Notes under the pieces: generated by a model | The model's database searches: none | What the model was told of the DNA's origin: nothing | What the model saw: only the letters and a program-made list of their open reading frames with translations | Shown: positions 15,001-30,000 of the stretch, in pieces | Layout: each line of letters opens with the position of its first letter | Position numbering within the stretch: the stretch's first letter is position 1 | Position numbers and translations under genes: made by a program | From: Yuukianura sp. NJ FZ-2021 | Lineage: Eukaryota | NCBI GenBank assembly: GCA_046563655.1 | Contig: CM102283.1 | Location: 5,208,001 to 5,272,000, forward strand | Direction: 5' to 3' | Length of the DNA stretch: 64,000 nt

Positions 15001-18000
15001 GTACAGCCCAGTGTTGAAATCCCCTCACTGTGCGTCAAAATAAAAGCTAACCTTTGACACAACAAATGTGACGAAAAATTCTGCTGTAACACGCAAGCAG
15101 TGGAGTCAATAGTTGTCTGTAGAGGCTCAGAATCTAGAATTAAACCTTAAAATTTGCCAAAAAAAGCCAGTCTTCTGTTTTTGCACAGCCCAGTGTTGAA
15201 ATCACCTCGCTGTGCGTCAAAATAAAAGCGAACCTTTGACACAACAAATGTGACGAAACATTCTGCTGTAACACGCAAGCAGTGGAGTCAATAGTTGTCT
15301 CTAAAGGCTCAGAATCTAGAATTAAACCTTATTTGCAAAAAAAGCCAGTCTTCTATTTTTGCGCGTGTAAGTGGTTTGTAACTGCACAGCCCAGTGTTGA
15401 AATCCCCTCACTGTGCGTCAAAATAAAAGCTAACCTTTGACACAACAAATGTGACGAAAAATTCTGCTGTAACACGCAAGCAGTGGAGTCAATCGTTGTC
15501 TCTAAAGGCTCAGAATTTAGAATTAAACCTTACAATTTGCCAAAAAAAGCCAGTCTTCTGTTTTTGCACAGCCCAGTGTTGAAATCACCTCGCTGTGCGT
15601 CAAAATAAAAGCTAACCTTTGACACAACAAATGTGACGAAAAATTCTGCTGTAACACGCAAGCAGTGGAGTCAATAGTTGTCTGTAAAGGCTCAGAATCT
15701 AGAATTAAACCTTAAAATTTGCCAAAAAAAGCCAGTCTTCTGTTTTTGCACATGTGGTTTTTAACTGTACAGCCCAGTGTTGAAATCCCCTCACTGTGCG
15801 TCAAAATAAAAGTGAACCATTGACACAACAAATGTGACGAAAAATTCTGCTGTAACACGCAAGCAGTGGAGTCAATAGTTGTCTGTAAAGGCTCAGAATC
15901 CAGAATTAAACCTTAAAATTTGCCAAAAAAAGCCAGTCTTCTATTTTTGCGCGTGTAAGTGGTTTGTAACTGTACAGCCCAGTGTTGAAATCCCCTCACT
16001 GTGCGTCAAAATAAAAGCAAACCTTTGACACAACAAATGTGACGAAAAATTCTGCTGTAACACGCAAGCAGTGGAGTCAATAGTTGTCTGTAAAGGCTCA
16101 GAATCTAGAATTAAACCTTAAAATTTGCCAAAAAAAGCCAGTCTTCTATTTTTGCGCGTGTAAGTGGTTTGTAACTGTACAACAAAGTGTTGAAATCACC
16201 TCACTGTACGTCAAAATAAAAGCGAACCTTTGACACAACAAATGTGACGAAAAATTCTGCTGTAACACGCAAGCAGTGGAGTCAATAGTTGTCTGTAAAG
16301 GCAAAGAATTTAGAATTAAACCTTAAAATTTGCCAAAAAAAGCCAGTCTTCTGTTTTTGCACAGCCCAGTGTTGAAATCCCCTTACTGCGCGTCAAAATA
16401 AAAGCTAACCTTTGACACAACAAATGTGACGAAAAATTCTGCTGTAACACGCAAGCAGTGGTGTCAATAGTTGTCTGTAAAGGCTCAGAATCCAGAATTA
16501 AACCTTAAAATTTGCCAAAAAAAAGCCAGTCTTCTATTTTTGCGCGTGTAAGTGGTTTGTAACTGTACAACAAAGTGTTGAAATCACCTCGCTGCGCGTC
16601 AAAATAAAAGCGAACCTTTGACACAACAAATGTGACGAAAAATTCTGCTGTAACACGCAAGCAGTGGAGTCAATAGTTGTCTCTAAAGGCTCAGAATCTA
16701 GAACTAAACCTTATTTGCAAAAAAAGCCAGTCTTCTATTTTTGCACAGCCCAGTGTTGAAATCACCTCGCTGTGCGTCAAAATAAAAGCGAACCTTTGAC
16801 ACAACAAATGTGACGAAAAATTCTGCTGTAACACGCAAGCAGTGGAGTCAATCGTTGTCTCTAAAGGCAAAGAATTTAGAATTAAACCTTAAAATTTGCC
16901 AAAAAAAGCCAGTCTTCTGTTTTTGCACAGCCCAGTGTTGAAATCCCCTTACTGCGCGTCAAAATAAAAGCTAACCTTTGACACAACAAATGTGACGAAA
17001 AATTCTGCTGTAACACGCAAGCAGTGGTGTCAATAGTTGTCTGTAAAGGCTCAGAATCCAGAATTAAACCTTAAAATTTGCCAAACAAAAGCCAGTCTTC
17101 TATTTTTGCGCGTGTAAGTGGTTTGTAACTGTACAACAAAGTGTTGAAATCACCTCGCTGCGCGTCAAAATAAAAGCGAACCTTTGACACAACAAATGTG
17201 ACGAAAAATTCTGCTGTAACACGCAAGCAGTGGAGTCAATAGTTGTCTGTAAAGGCTCAGAATTTAGAATTAAACCTTAAAATTTGCCAAAAAAAGCCAG
17301 TCTTCTGTTTTTGCACAGCCCAGTGTTGAAATCCCCTTACTGCGCGTCAAAATAAAAGCTAACCTTTGACACAACAAATGTGACGAAAAATTCTGCTGTA
17401 ACACGCAAGCAGTGGAGTCAATAGTTGTCTGTAAAGGCTCAGAATTTAGAATTAAACCTTAAAATTTGCCAAAAAAAGCCAGTCTTCTGTTTTTGCACAT
17501 GTGGTTTTTAACTGTACAGCCCAGTGTTGAAATCCCCTCACTGTGCGTCAAAATAAAAGCTAACCTTTGACACAACAAATGTGACGAAAAATTCTGCTGT
17601 AACACGCAAGCAGTGGAGTCAATCGTTGTCTCTAAAGGCAAAGAATTTAGAATTAAACCTTAAAATTTGCCAAAAAAAGCCAGTCTTCTGTTTTTGCACA
17701 GCCCAGTGTTGAAATCCCCTTACTGCGCGTCAAAATAAAAGCTAACCTTTGACACAACAAATGTGACGAAAAATTCTGCTGTAACACGCAAGCAGTGGTG
17801 TCAATAGTTGTCTGTAAAGGCTCAGAATCCAGAATTAAACCTTAAAATTTGCCAAACAAAAGCCAGTCTTCTATTTTTGCGCGTGTAAGTGGTTTGTAAC
17901 TGTACAACAAAGTGTTGAAATCACCTCGCTGCGCGTCAAAATAAAAGCGAACCTTTGACACAACAAATGTGACGAAAAATTCTGCTGTAACACGCAAGCA

Positions 18001-21000
18001 GTGGTGTCAATAGTTGTCTGTAAAGGCTCAGAATCCAGAATTAAACCTTAAAATTTGCCAAACAAAAGCCAGTCTTCTATTTTTGCGCGTGTAAGTGGTT
18101 TGTAACTGTACAACAAAGTGTTGAAATCACCTCGCTGCGCGTCAAAATAAAAGCGAACCTTTGACACAACAAATGTGACGAAAAATTCTGCTGTAACACG
18201 CAAGCAGTGGAGTCAATAGTTGTCTGTAAAGGCTCAGAATTTAGAATTAAACCTTAAAATTTGCCAAAAAAAGCCAGTCTTCTGTTTTTGCACAGCCCAG
18301 TGTTGAAATCCCCTTACTGCGCGTCAAAATAAAAGCTAACCTTTGACACAACAAATGTGACGAAAAATTCTGCTGTAACACGCAAGCAGTGGAGTCAATA
18401 GTTGTCTGTAAAGGCTCAGAATTTAGAATTAAACCTTAAAATTTGCCAAAAAAAGCCAGTCTTCTGTTTTTGCACATGTGGTTTTTAACTGTACAGCCCA
18501 GTGTTGAAATCCCCTCACTGTGCGTCAAAATAAAAGCTAACCTTTGACACAACAAATGTGACGAAAAATTCTGCTGTAACACGCAAGCAGTGGAGTCAAT
18601 CGTTGTCTCTAAAGGCAAAGAATTTAGAATTAAACCTTAAAATTTGCCAAAAAAAGCCAGTCTTCTGTTTTTGCACAGCCCAGTGTTGAAATCCCCTTAC
18701 TGCGCGTCAAAATAAAAGCTAACCTTTGACACAACAAATGTGACGAAAAATTCTGCTGTAACACGCAAGCAGTGGTGTCAATAGTTGTCTGTAAAGGCTC
18801 AGAATCCAGAATTAAACCTTAAAATTTGCCAAACAAAAGCCAGTCTTCTATTTTTGCGCGTGTAAGTGGTTTGTAACTGTACAACAAAGTGTTGAAATCA
18901 CCTCGCTGCGCGTCAAAATAAAAGCGAACCTTTGACACAACAAATGTGACGAAAAATTCTGCTGTAACACGCAAGCAGTGGAGTCAATAGTTGTCTGTAA
19001 AGGCTCAGAATTTAGAATTAAACCTTAAAATTTGCCAAAAAAGCCAGTCTTCTGTTTTTGCACAGCCCAGTGTTGAAATCCCCTTACTGCGCGTCAAAAT
19101 AAAAGCTAACCTTTGACACAACAAATGTGACGAAAAATTCTGCTGTAACACGCAAGCAGTGGAGTCAATAGTTGTCTGTAAAGGCTCAGAATTTAGAATT
19201 AAACCTTAAAATTTGCCAAAAAAAGCCAGTCTTCTGTTTTTGCACATGTGGTTTTTAACTGTACAGCCCAGTGTTGAAATCCCCTCACTGTGCGTCAAAA
19301 TAAAAGCTAACCTTTGACACAACAAATGTGACGAAAAATTCTGCTGTAACACGCAAGCAGTGGTGTCAATAGTTGTCTGTAAAGGCTCAGAATCCAGAAT
19401 TAAACCTTAAAATTTGCCAAAAAAAGCCAGTCTTCTATTTTTGCGCGTGTAAGTGGTTTGTAACTGTACAACAAAGTGTTGAAATCACCTCGCTGCGCGT
19501 CAAAATAAAAGCGAACCTTTGACACAACAAATGTGACGAAAAATTCTGCTGTAACACGCAAGCAGTGGAGTCAATAGTTGTCTCTAAAGGCTCAGAATCT
19601 AGAACTAAACCTTATTTGCAAAAAAAAAGCCAGTCTTCTATTTTTGCACAGCCCAGTGTTGAAATCACCTCGCTGTGCGTCAAAATAAAAGCGAACCTTT
19701 GACACAACAAATGTGACGAAAAATTCTGCTGTAACACGCAAGCAGTGGAGTCAATCGTTGTCTCTAAAGGCAAAGAATTTAGAATTAAACCTTAAAATTT
19801 GCCAAAAAAAGCCAGTCTTCTGTTTTTGCACAGCCCAGTGTTGAAATCCCCTTACTGCGCGTCAAAATAAAAGCTAACCTTTGACACAACAAATGTGACG
19901 AAAAATTCTGCTGTAACACGCAAGCAGTGGTGTCAATAGTTGTCTGTAAAGGCTCAGAATCCAGAATTAAACCTTAAAATTTGCCAAACAAAAGCCAGTC
20001 TTCTATTTTTGCGCGTGTAAGTGGTTTGTAACTGTACAACAAAGTGTTGAAATCACCTCGCTGCGCGTCAAAATAAAAGCGAACCTTTGACACAACAAAT
20101 GTGACGAAAAATTCTGCTGTAACACGCAAGCAGTGGAGTCAATAGTTGTCTGTAAAGGCTCAGAATTTAGAATTAAACCTTAAAATTTGCCAAAAAAAGC
20201 CAGTCTTCTGTTTTTGCACAGCCCAGTGTTGAAATCCCCTTACTGCGCGTCAAAATAAAAGCTAACCTTTGACACAACAAATGTGACGAAAAATTCTGCT
20301 GTAACACGCAAGCAGTGGAGTCAATAGTTGTCTGTAAAGGCTCAGAATTTAGAATTAAACCTTAAAATTTGCCAAAAAAAGCCAGTCTTCTGTTTTTGCA
20401 CATGTGGTTTTTAACTGTACAGCCCAGTGTTGAAATCCCCTCACTGTGCGTCAAAATAAAAGCTAACCTTTGACACAACAAATGTGACGAAAAATTCTGC
20501 TGTAACACGCAAGCAGTGGAGTCAATCGTTGTCTCTAAAGGCAAAGAATTTAGAATTAAACCTTAAAATTTGCCAAAAAAGCCAGTCTTCTGTTTTTGCA
20601 CAGCCCAGTGTTGAAATCCCCTTACTGCGCGTCAAAATAAAAGCTAACCTTTGACACAACAAATGTGACGAAAAATTCTGCTGTAACACGCAAGCAGTGG
20701 TGTCAATAGTTGTCTGTAAAGGCTCAGAATCCAGAATTAAACCTTAAAATTTGCCAAACAAAAGCCAGTCTTCTATTTTTGCGCGTGTAAGTGGTTTGTA
20801 ACTGTACAACAAAGTGTTGAAATCACCTCGCTGCGCGTCAAAATAAAAGCGAACCTTTGACACAACAAATGTGACGAAAAATTCTGCTGTAACACGCAAG
20901 CAGTGGTGTCAATAGTTGTCTGTAAAGGCTCAGAATCCAGAATTAAACCTTAAAATTTGCCAAACAAAAGCCAGTCTTCTATTTTTGCGCGTGTAAGTGG

Positions 21001-24000
21001 TTTGTAACTGTACAACAAAGTGTTGAAATCACCTCGCTGCGCGTCAAAATAAAAGCGAACCTTTGACACAACAAATGTGACGAAAAATTCTGCTGTAACA
21101 CGCAAGCAGTGGAGTCAATAGTTGTCTGTAAAGGCTCAGAATTTAGAATTAAACCTTAAAATTTGCCAAAAAAAGCCAGTCTTCTGTTTTTGCACAGCCC
21201 AGTGTTGAAATCCCCTTACTGCGCGTCAAAATAAAAGCTAACCTTTGACACAACAAATGTGACGAAAAATTCTGCTGTAACACGCAAGCAGTGGAGTCAA
21301 TAGTTGTCTGTAAAGGCTCAGAATTTAGAATTAAACCTTAAAATTTGCCAAAAAAGCCAGTCTTCTGTTTTTGCACATGTGGTTTTTAACTGTACAGCCC
21401 AGTGTTGAAATCCCCTCACTGTGCGTCAAAATAAAAGCTAACCTTTGACACAACAAATGTGACGAAAAATTCTGCTGTAACACGCAAGCAGTGGAGTCAA
21501 TCGTTGTCTCTAAAGGCAAAGAATTTAGAATTAAACCTTAAAATTTGCCAAAAAAAGCCAGTCTTCTGTTTTTGCACAGCCCAGTGTTGAAATCCCCTTA
21601 CTGCGCGTCAAAATAAAAGCTAACCTTTGACACAACAAATGTGACGAAAAATTCTGCTGTAACACGCAAGCAGTGGTGTCAATAGTTGTCTGTAAAGGCT
21701 CAGAATCCAGAATTAAACCTTAAAATTTGCCAAACAAAAGCCAGTCTTCTATTTTTGCGCGTGTAAGTGGTTTGTAACTGTACAACAAAGTGTTGAAATC
21801 ACCTCGCTGCGCGTCAAAATAAAAGCGAACCTTTGACACAACAAATGTGACGAAAAATTCTGCTGTAACACGCAAGCAGTGGAGTCAATAGTTGTCTGTA
21901 AAGGCTCAGAATTTAGAATTAAACCTTAAAATTTGCCAAAAAAAGCCAGTCTTCTGTTTTTGCACAGCCCAGTGTTGAAATCCCCTTACTGCGCGTCAAA
22001 ATAAAAGCTAACCTTTGACACAACAAATGTGACGAAAAATTCTGCTGTAACACGCAAGCAGTGGAGTCAATAGTTGTCTGTAAAGGCTCAGAATTTAGAA
22101 TTAAACCTTAAAATTTGCCAAAAAAAGCCAGTCTTCTGTTTTTGCACATGTGGTTTTTAACTGTACAGCCCAGTGTTGAAATCCCCTCACTGTGCGTCAA
22201 AATAAAAGCTAACCTTTGACACAACAAATGTGACGAAAAATTCTGCTGTAACACGCAAGCAGTGGAGTCAATAGTTGTCTCTAAAGGCTCAGAATCTAGA
22301 ATTAAACCTTATTTGCAAAAAAAAAAGCCAGTCTTCTATTTTTGCACAGCCCAGTGTTGAAATCACCTCGCTGTGCGTCAAAATAAAAGCGAACCTTTGA
22401 CACAACAAATGTGACGAAAAATTCTGCTGTAACACGCAAGCAGTGGAGTCAATCGTTGTCTCTAAAGGCTCAGAATTTAGAATTAAACCTTAAAATTTGC
22501 CAAAAAAGCCAGTCTTCTGTTTTTGCACAGCCCAGTGTTGAAATCACCTCGCTGTGCGTCAAAATAAAAGCGAACCTTTGACACAACAAATGTGACGAAA
22601 AATTCTGCTGTAACACGCAAGCAGTGGAGTCAATCGTTGTCTCTAAAGGCTCAGAATTTAGAATTAAACCTTAAAATTTGCCAAAAAAAAGCCAGTCTTC
22701 TGTTTTTGCACAGCCCAGTGTTGAAATCCCCTTACTGCGCGTCAAAATAAAAGCTAACCTTTGACACAACAAATGTGACGAAAAATTCTGCTGTAACACG
22801 CAAGCAGTGGAGTCAATCGTTGTCTGTAAAGGCTCAGAATCCAGAATTAAACCTTAAAATTTGCCAAACAAAAGCCAGTCTTCTATTTTTGCGCGTGTAA
22901 GTGGTTTGTAACTGTACAGCCCAGTGTTGAAATCCCCTCACTGTGCGTCAAAATAAAAGCAAACCTTTGACACAACAAATGTGACGAAAAATTCTGCTGT
23001 AACACGCAAGCAGTGGAGTCAATAGTTGTCTGTAAAGGCTCAGAATCTAGAATTAAACCTTAAAATTTGCCAAAAAAAGCCAGTCTTCTGTTTTTGCACA
23101 GCCCAGTGTTGAAATCCCCTCACTGTGCGTCAAAATAAAAGCTAACCTTTGACACAACAAATGTGACGAAAAATTCTGCTGTAACACGCAAGCAGTGGAG
23201 TCAATAGTTGTCTGTAAAGGCTCAGAATCCAGAATTAAACCTTATTTGCAAAAAAAAAGCCAGTCTTCTATTTTTGCGCGTGTAAGTGGTTTGTAACTGT
23301 ACAGCCCAGTGTTGAAATCCCCTCACTGTGCGTCAAAATAAAAGTGAACCATTGACACAACAAATGTGACGAAAAATTCTGCTGTAACACGCAAGCAGTG
23401 GAGTCAATAGTTGTCTGTAAAGGCTCAGAATCCAGAATTAAACCTTATTTGCAAAAAAAGCCAGTCTTCTATTTTTGCGCGTGTAAGTGGTTTGTAACTG
23501 TACAGCCCAGTGTTGAAATCCCCTCACTGTGCGTCAAAATAAAAGTGAACCATTGACACAACAAATGTGACGAAAAATTCTGCTGTAACACGCAAGCAGT
23601 GGTGTCAATAGTTGTCTGTAAAGGCTCAGAATCCAGAATTAAACCTTAAAATTTGCCAAAAAAAAAGCCAGTCTTCTATTTTTGCGCGTGTAAGTGGTTT
23701 GTAACTGTACAACAAAGTGTTGAAATCCCCTCACTGTGCGTCAAAATAAAAGCAAACCATTAACACAACAAATGTGACGAAAAATTCTGCTGTAACACGC
23801 AAGCAGTGGAGTCAATAGTTGTCTGTAAAGGCTCAGAATTTAGAATTAAACCTTAAAATTTGCCAAAAAAAAGCCAGTCTTCTGTTTTTGCACATGTGGT
23901 TTTTAACTGTACAGCCCAGTGTTGAAATCCCCTCACTGTGCGTCAAAATAAAAGCTAACCTTTGACACAACAAATGTGACGAAAAATTCTGCTGTAACAC

Positions 24001-27000
24001 GCAAGCAGTGGAGTCAATAGTTGTCTCTAAAGGCTCAGAATCTAGAATTAAACCTTATTTGCAAAAAAAAAGCCAGTCTTCTATTTTTGCGCGTGTAAGT
24101 GGTTTGTAACTGTACAGCCCAGTGTTGAAATCCCCTCACTGTGCGTCAAAATAAAAGTGAACCATTGACACAACAAATGTGACGAAAAATTCTGCTGTAA
24201 CACGCAAGCAGTGGTGTCAATAGTTGTCTGTGAAGGCTCAGAATCCAGAATTAAACCTTAAAATTTGCCAAAAAAAGCCAGTCTTCTATTTTTGCGCGTG
24301 TAAGTGGTTTGTAACTGTACAACAAAGTGTTGAAATCCCCTCACTGTGCGTCAAAATAAAAGCAAACCATTGACACAACAAATGTGACGAAAAATTCTGC
24401 TGTAACACGCAAGCAGTGGAGTCAATAGTTGTCTGTAAAGGCTCAGAATTTAGAATTAAACCTTAAAATTTGCCAAAAAAAGCCAGTCTTCTGTTTTTGC
24501 ACATGTGGTTTTTAACTGTACAGCCCAGTGTTGAAATCCCCTCACTGTGCGTCAAAATAAAAGCTAACCTTTGACACAACAAATGTGACGAAAAATTCTG
24601 CTGTAACACGCAAGCAGTGGAGTCAATAGTTGTCTCTAAAGGCTCAGAATCTAGAATTAAACCTTATTTGCAAAAAAAAGCCAGTCTTCTATTTTTGCGC
24701 GTGTAAGTGGTTTGTAACTGTACAGCCCAGTGTTGAAATCCCCTCACTGTGCGTCAAAATAAAAGTGAACCATTGACACAACAAATGTGACGAAAAATTC
24801 TGCTGTAACACGCAAGCAGTGGTGTCAATAGTTGTCTGTAAAGGCTCAGAATCCAGAATTAAACCTTAAAATTTGCCAAAAAAAGCCAGTCTTCTATTTT
24901 TGCGCGTGTAAGTGGTTTGTAACTGTACAACAAAGTGTTGAAATCCCCTCACTGTGCGTCAAAATAAAAGCAAACCATTGACACAACAAATGTGACGAAA
25001 AATTCTGCTGTAACACGCAAGCAGTGGAGTCAATCGTTGTCTCTAAAGGCTCAGAATTTAGAATTAAACCTTAAAATTTGCCAAAAAAAGCCAGTCTTCT
25101 GTTTTTGCACATGTGGTTTTTAACTGTACAGCCCAGTGTTGAAATCCCCTCACTGCGCGTCAAAATAAAAGTGAACCATTGACACAACAAATGTGACGAA
25201 AAATTCTGCTGTAACACGCAAGCAGTGGAGTCAATAGTTGTCTGTAAAGGCTCAGAATCCAGAATTAAACCTTAAAATTTGCCAAAAAAAGCCAGTCTTC
25301 TATTTTTGCGCGTGTAAGTGGTTTGTAACTGTACAGCCCAGTGTTGAAATCCCCTCACTGTGCGTCAAAATAAAAGCAAACCTTTGACACAACAAATGTG
25401 ACGAAAAATTCTGCTGTAACACGCAAGCAGTGGAGTCAATAGTTGTCTGTAAAGGCTCAGAATCCAGAATTAAACCTTAAAATTTGCCAAAAAAGCCAGT
25501 CTTCTATTTTTGCGCGTGTAAGTGGTTTGTAACTGTACAGCCCAGTGTTGAAATCCCCTCACTGTGCGTCAAAATAAAAGCAAACCTTTGACACAACAAA
25601 TGTGACGAAAAATTCTGCTGTAACACGCAAGCAGTGGAGTCAATAGTTGTCTGTAAAGGCTCAGAATCTAGAATTAAACCTTAAAATTTGCCAAAAAAGC
25701 CAGTCTTCTGTTTTTGCACAGCCCAGTGTTGAAATCCCCTCACTGTGCGTCAAAATAAAAGCTAACCTTTGACACAACAAATGTGACGAAAAATTCTGCT
25801 GTAACACGCAAGCAGTGGAGTCAATAGTTGTCTGTAAAGGCTCAGAATCCAGAATTAAACCTTATTTGCAAAAAAAAAGCCAGTCTTCTATTTTTGCGCG
25901 TGTAAGTGGTTTGTAACTGTACAGCCCAGTGTTGAAATCCCCTCACTGTGCGTCAAAATAAAAGTGAACCATTGACACAACAAATGTGACGAAAAATTCT
26001 GCTGTAACACGCAAGCAGTGGAGTCAATAGTTGTCTGTAAAGGCTCAGAATCCAGAATTAAACCTTATTTGCAAAAAAAAAGCCAGTCTTCTATTTTTGC
26101 GCGTGTAAGTGGTTTGTAACTGTGCAGCCCAGTGTTGAAATCCCCTCACTGTGCGTCAAAATAAAAGTGAACCATTGACACAACAAATGTGACGAAAAAT
26201 TCTGCTGTAACACGCAAGCAGTGGTGTCAATAGTTGTCTGTAAAGGCTCAGAATCCAGAATTAAACCTTAAAATTTGCCAAAAAAGCCAGTCTTCTATTT
26301 TTGCGCGTGTAAGTGGTTTGTAACTGTACAACAAAGTGTTGAAATCCCCTCACTGTGCGTCAAAATAAAAGCAAACCATTGACACAACAAATGTGACGAA
26401 AAATTCTGCTGTAACACGCAAGCAGTGGTGTCAATAGTTGTCTGTAAAGGCTCAGAATTTAGAATTAAACCTTAAAATTTGCCAAAAAAAAGCCAGTCTT
26501 CTGTTTTTGCACATGTGGTTTTTAACTGTACAGCCCAGTGTTGAAATCCCCTCACTGTGCGTCAAAATAAAAGCTAACCTTTGACACAACAAATGTGACG
26601 AAAAATTCTGCTGTAACACGCAAGCAGTGGAGTCAATAGTTGTCTCTAAAGGCTCAGAATCTAGAATTAAACCTTATTTGCAAAAAAAAAGCCAGTCTTC
26701 TATTTTTGCGCGTGTAAGTGGTTTGTAACTGTACAGCCCAGTGTTGAAATCCCCTCACTGTGCGTCAAAATAAAAGTGAACCATTGACACAACAAATGTG
26801 ACGAAAAATTCTGCTGTAACACGCAAGCAGTGGTGTCAATAGTTGTCTGTAAAGGCTCAGAATCCAGAATTAAACCTTAAAATTTGCCAAAAAAGCCAGT
26901 CTTCTATTTTTGCGCGTGTAAGTGGTTTGTAACTGTACAACAAAGTGTTGAAATCCCCTCACTGTGCGTCAAAATAAAAGCAAACCATTGACACAACAAA

Positions 27001-30000
27001 TGTGACGAAAAATTCTGCTGTAACACGCAAGCAGTGGAGTCAATAGTTGTCTGTAAAGGCTCAGAATTTAGAATTAAACCTTAAAATTTGCCAAAAAAAA
27101 GCCAGTCTTCTGTTTTTGCACATGTGGTTTTTAACTGTACAGCCCAGTGTTGAAATCCCCTCACTGTGCGTCAAAATAAAAGCTAACCTTTGACACAACA
27201 AATGTGACGAAAAATTCTGCTGTAACACGCAAGCAGTGGAGTCAATAGTTGTCTCTAAAGGCTCAGAATCTAGAATTAAACCTTATTTGCAAAAAAAAAA
27301 GCCAGTCTTCTATTTTTGCGCGTGTAAGTGGTTTGTAACTGTACAGCCCAGTGTTGAAATCCCCTCACTGTGCGTCAAAATAAAAGTGAACCATTGACAC
27401 AACAAATGTGACGAAAAATTCTGCTGTAACACGCAAGCAGTGGTGTCAATAGTTGTCTGTAAAGGCTCAGAATCCAGAATTAAACCTTAAAATTTGCCAA
27501 AAAAAGCCAGTCTTCTATTTTTGCGCGTGTAAGTGGTTTGTAACTGTACAACAAAGTGTTGAAATCCCCTCACTGTGCGTCAAAATAAAAGCAAACCATT
27601 GACACAACAAATGTGACGAAAAATTCTGCTGTAACACGCAAGCAGTGGAGTCAATCGTTGTCTCTAAAGGCTCAGAATTTAGAATTAAACCTTAAAATTT
27701 GCCAAAAAAAGCCAGTCTTCTGTTTTTGCACATGTGGTTTTTAACTGTACAGCCCAGTGTTGAAATCCCCTCACTGCGCGTCAAAATAAAAGTGAACCAT
27801 TGACACAACAAATGTGACGAAAAATTCTGCTGTAACACGCAAGCAGTGGAGTCAATAGTTGTCTGTAAAGGCTCAGAATCCAGAATTAAACCTTAAAATT
27901 TGCCAAAAAAAAGCCAGTCTTCTATTTTTGCGCGTGTAAGTGGTTTGTAACTGTACAGCCCAGTGTTGAAATCCCCTCACTGTGCGTCAAAATAAAAGCA
28001 AACCTTTGACACAACAAATGTGACGAAAAATTCTGCTGTAACACGCAAGCAGTGGAGTCAATAGTTGTCTGTAAAGGCTCAGAATCTAGAATTAAACCTT
28101 AAAATTTGCCAAAAAAAGCCAGTCTTCTGTTTTTGCACAGCCCAGTGTTGAAATCCCCTCACTGTGCGTCAAAATAAAAGCTAACCTTTGACACAACAAA
28201 TGTGACGAAAAATTCTGCTGTAACACGCAAGCAGTGGAGTCAATAGTTGTCTGTAAAGGCTCAGAATCCAGAATTAAACCTTATTTGCAAAAAAAAAAGC
28301 CAGTCTTCTATTTTTGCGCGGGTAAGTGGTTTGTAACTGTACAGCCCAGTGTTGAAATCCCCTCACTGTGCGTCAAAATAAAAGTGAACCATTGACACAA
28401 CAAATGTGACGAAAAATTCTGCTGTAACACGCAAGCAGTGGAGTCAATAGTTGTCTGTAAAGGCTCAGAATCCAGAATTAAACCTTATTTGCAAAAAAAA
28501 AGCCAGTCTTCTATTTTTGCGCGTGTAAGTGGTTTGTAACTGTACAGCCCAGTGTTGAAATCCCCTCACTGTGCGTCAAAATAAAAGTGAACCATTGACA
28601 CAACAAATGTGACGAAAAATTCTGCTGTAACACGCAAGCAGTGGTGTCAATAGTTGTCTGTAAAGGCTCAGAATCCAGAATTAAACCTTAAAATTTGCCA
28701 AAAAAAAAGCCAGTCTTCTATTTTTGCGCGTGTGAGTGGTTTGTAACTGTACAACAAAGTGTTGAAATCCCCTCACTGTGCGTCAAAATAAAAGCAAACC
28801 ATTGACACAACAAATGTGACGAAAAATTCTGCTGTAACACGCAAGCAGTGGAGTCAATAGTTGTCTGTAAAGGCTCAGAATTTAGAATTAAACCTTAAAA
28901 TTTGCCAAAAAAAAGCCAGTCTTCTGTTTTTGCACATGTGGTTTTTAACTGTACAGCCCAGTGTTGAAATCCCCTCACTGTGCGTCAAAATAAAAGCTAA
29001 CCTTTGACACAACAAATGTGACGAAAAATTCTGCTGTAAAACGCAAGCAGTGGAGTCAATAGTTGTCTCTAAAGGCTCAGAATCTAGAATTAAACCTTAT
29101 TTGCAAAAAAAAAGCCAGTCTTCTATTTTTGCGCGTGTAAGTGGTTTGTAACTGTACAGCCCAGTGTTGAAATCCCCTCACTGTGCGTCAAAATAAAAGT
29201 GAACCATTGACACAACAAATGTGACGAAAAATTCTGCTGTAACACGCAAGCAGTGGTGTCAATAGTTGTCTGTAAAGGCTCAGAATCCAGAATTAAACCT
29301 TATTTGCAAAAAAAAAAGCCAGTCTTCTATTTTTGCGCGGGTAAGTGGTTTGTAACTGTACAGCCCAGTGTTGAAATCCCCTCACTGTGCGTCAAAATAA
29401 AAGTGAACCATTGACACAACAAATGTGACGAAAAATTCTGCTGTAACACGCAAGCAGTGGAGTCAATAGTTGTCTGTAAAGGCTCAGAATCCAGAATTAA
29501 ACCTTATTTGCAAAAAAAGCCAGTCTTCTATTTTTGCGCGTGTAAGTGGTTTGTAACTGTACAGCCCAGTGTTGAAATCCCCTCACTGTGCGTCAAAATA
29601 AAAGTGAACCATTGACACAACAAATGTGACGAAAAATTCTGCTGTAACACGCAAGCAGTGGTGTCAATAGTTGTCTGTAAAGGCTCAGAATCCAGAATTA
29701 AACCTTAAAATTTGCCAAAAAAAGCCAGTCTTCTATTTTTGCGCGTGTAAGTGGTTTGTAACTGTACAACAAAGTGTTGAAATCCCCTCACTGTGCGTCA
29801 AAATAAAAGCAAACCATTGACACAACAAATGTGACGAAAAATTCTGCTGTAACACGCAAGCAGTGGAGTCAATAGTTGTCTGTAAAAGCTCAGAATTTAG
29901 AATTAAACCTTAAAATTTGCCAAAAAAAAGCCAGTCTTCTGTTTTTGCACATGTGGTTTTTAACTGTACAGCCCAGTGTTGAAATCCCCTCACTGTGCGT

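Noticed and set aside
14334..21519. Repeated 60-62 aa minus-strand ORFs (MPLETTIDSTAC...)
   Set aside because: Chance open frames in satellite monomers with non-ATG starts; they recur only because the HOR recurs.
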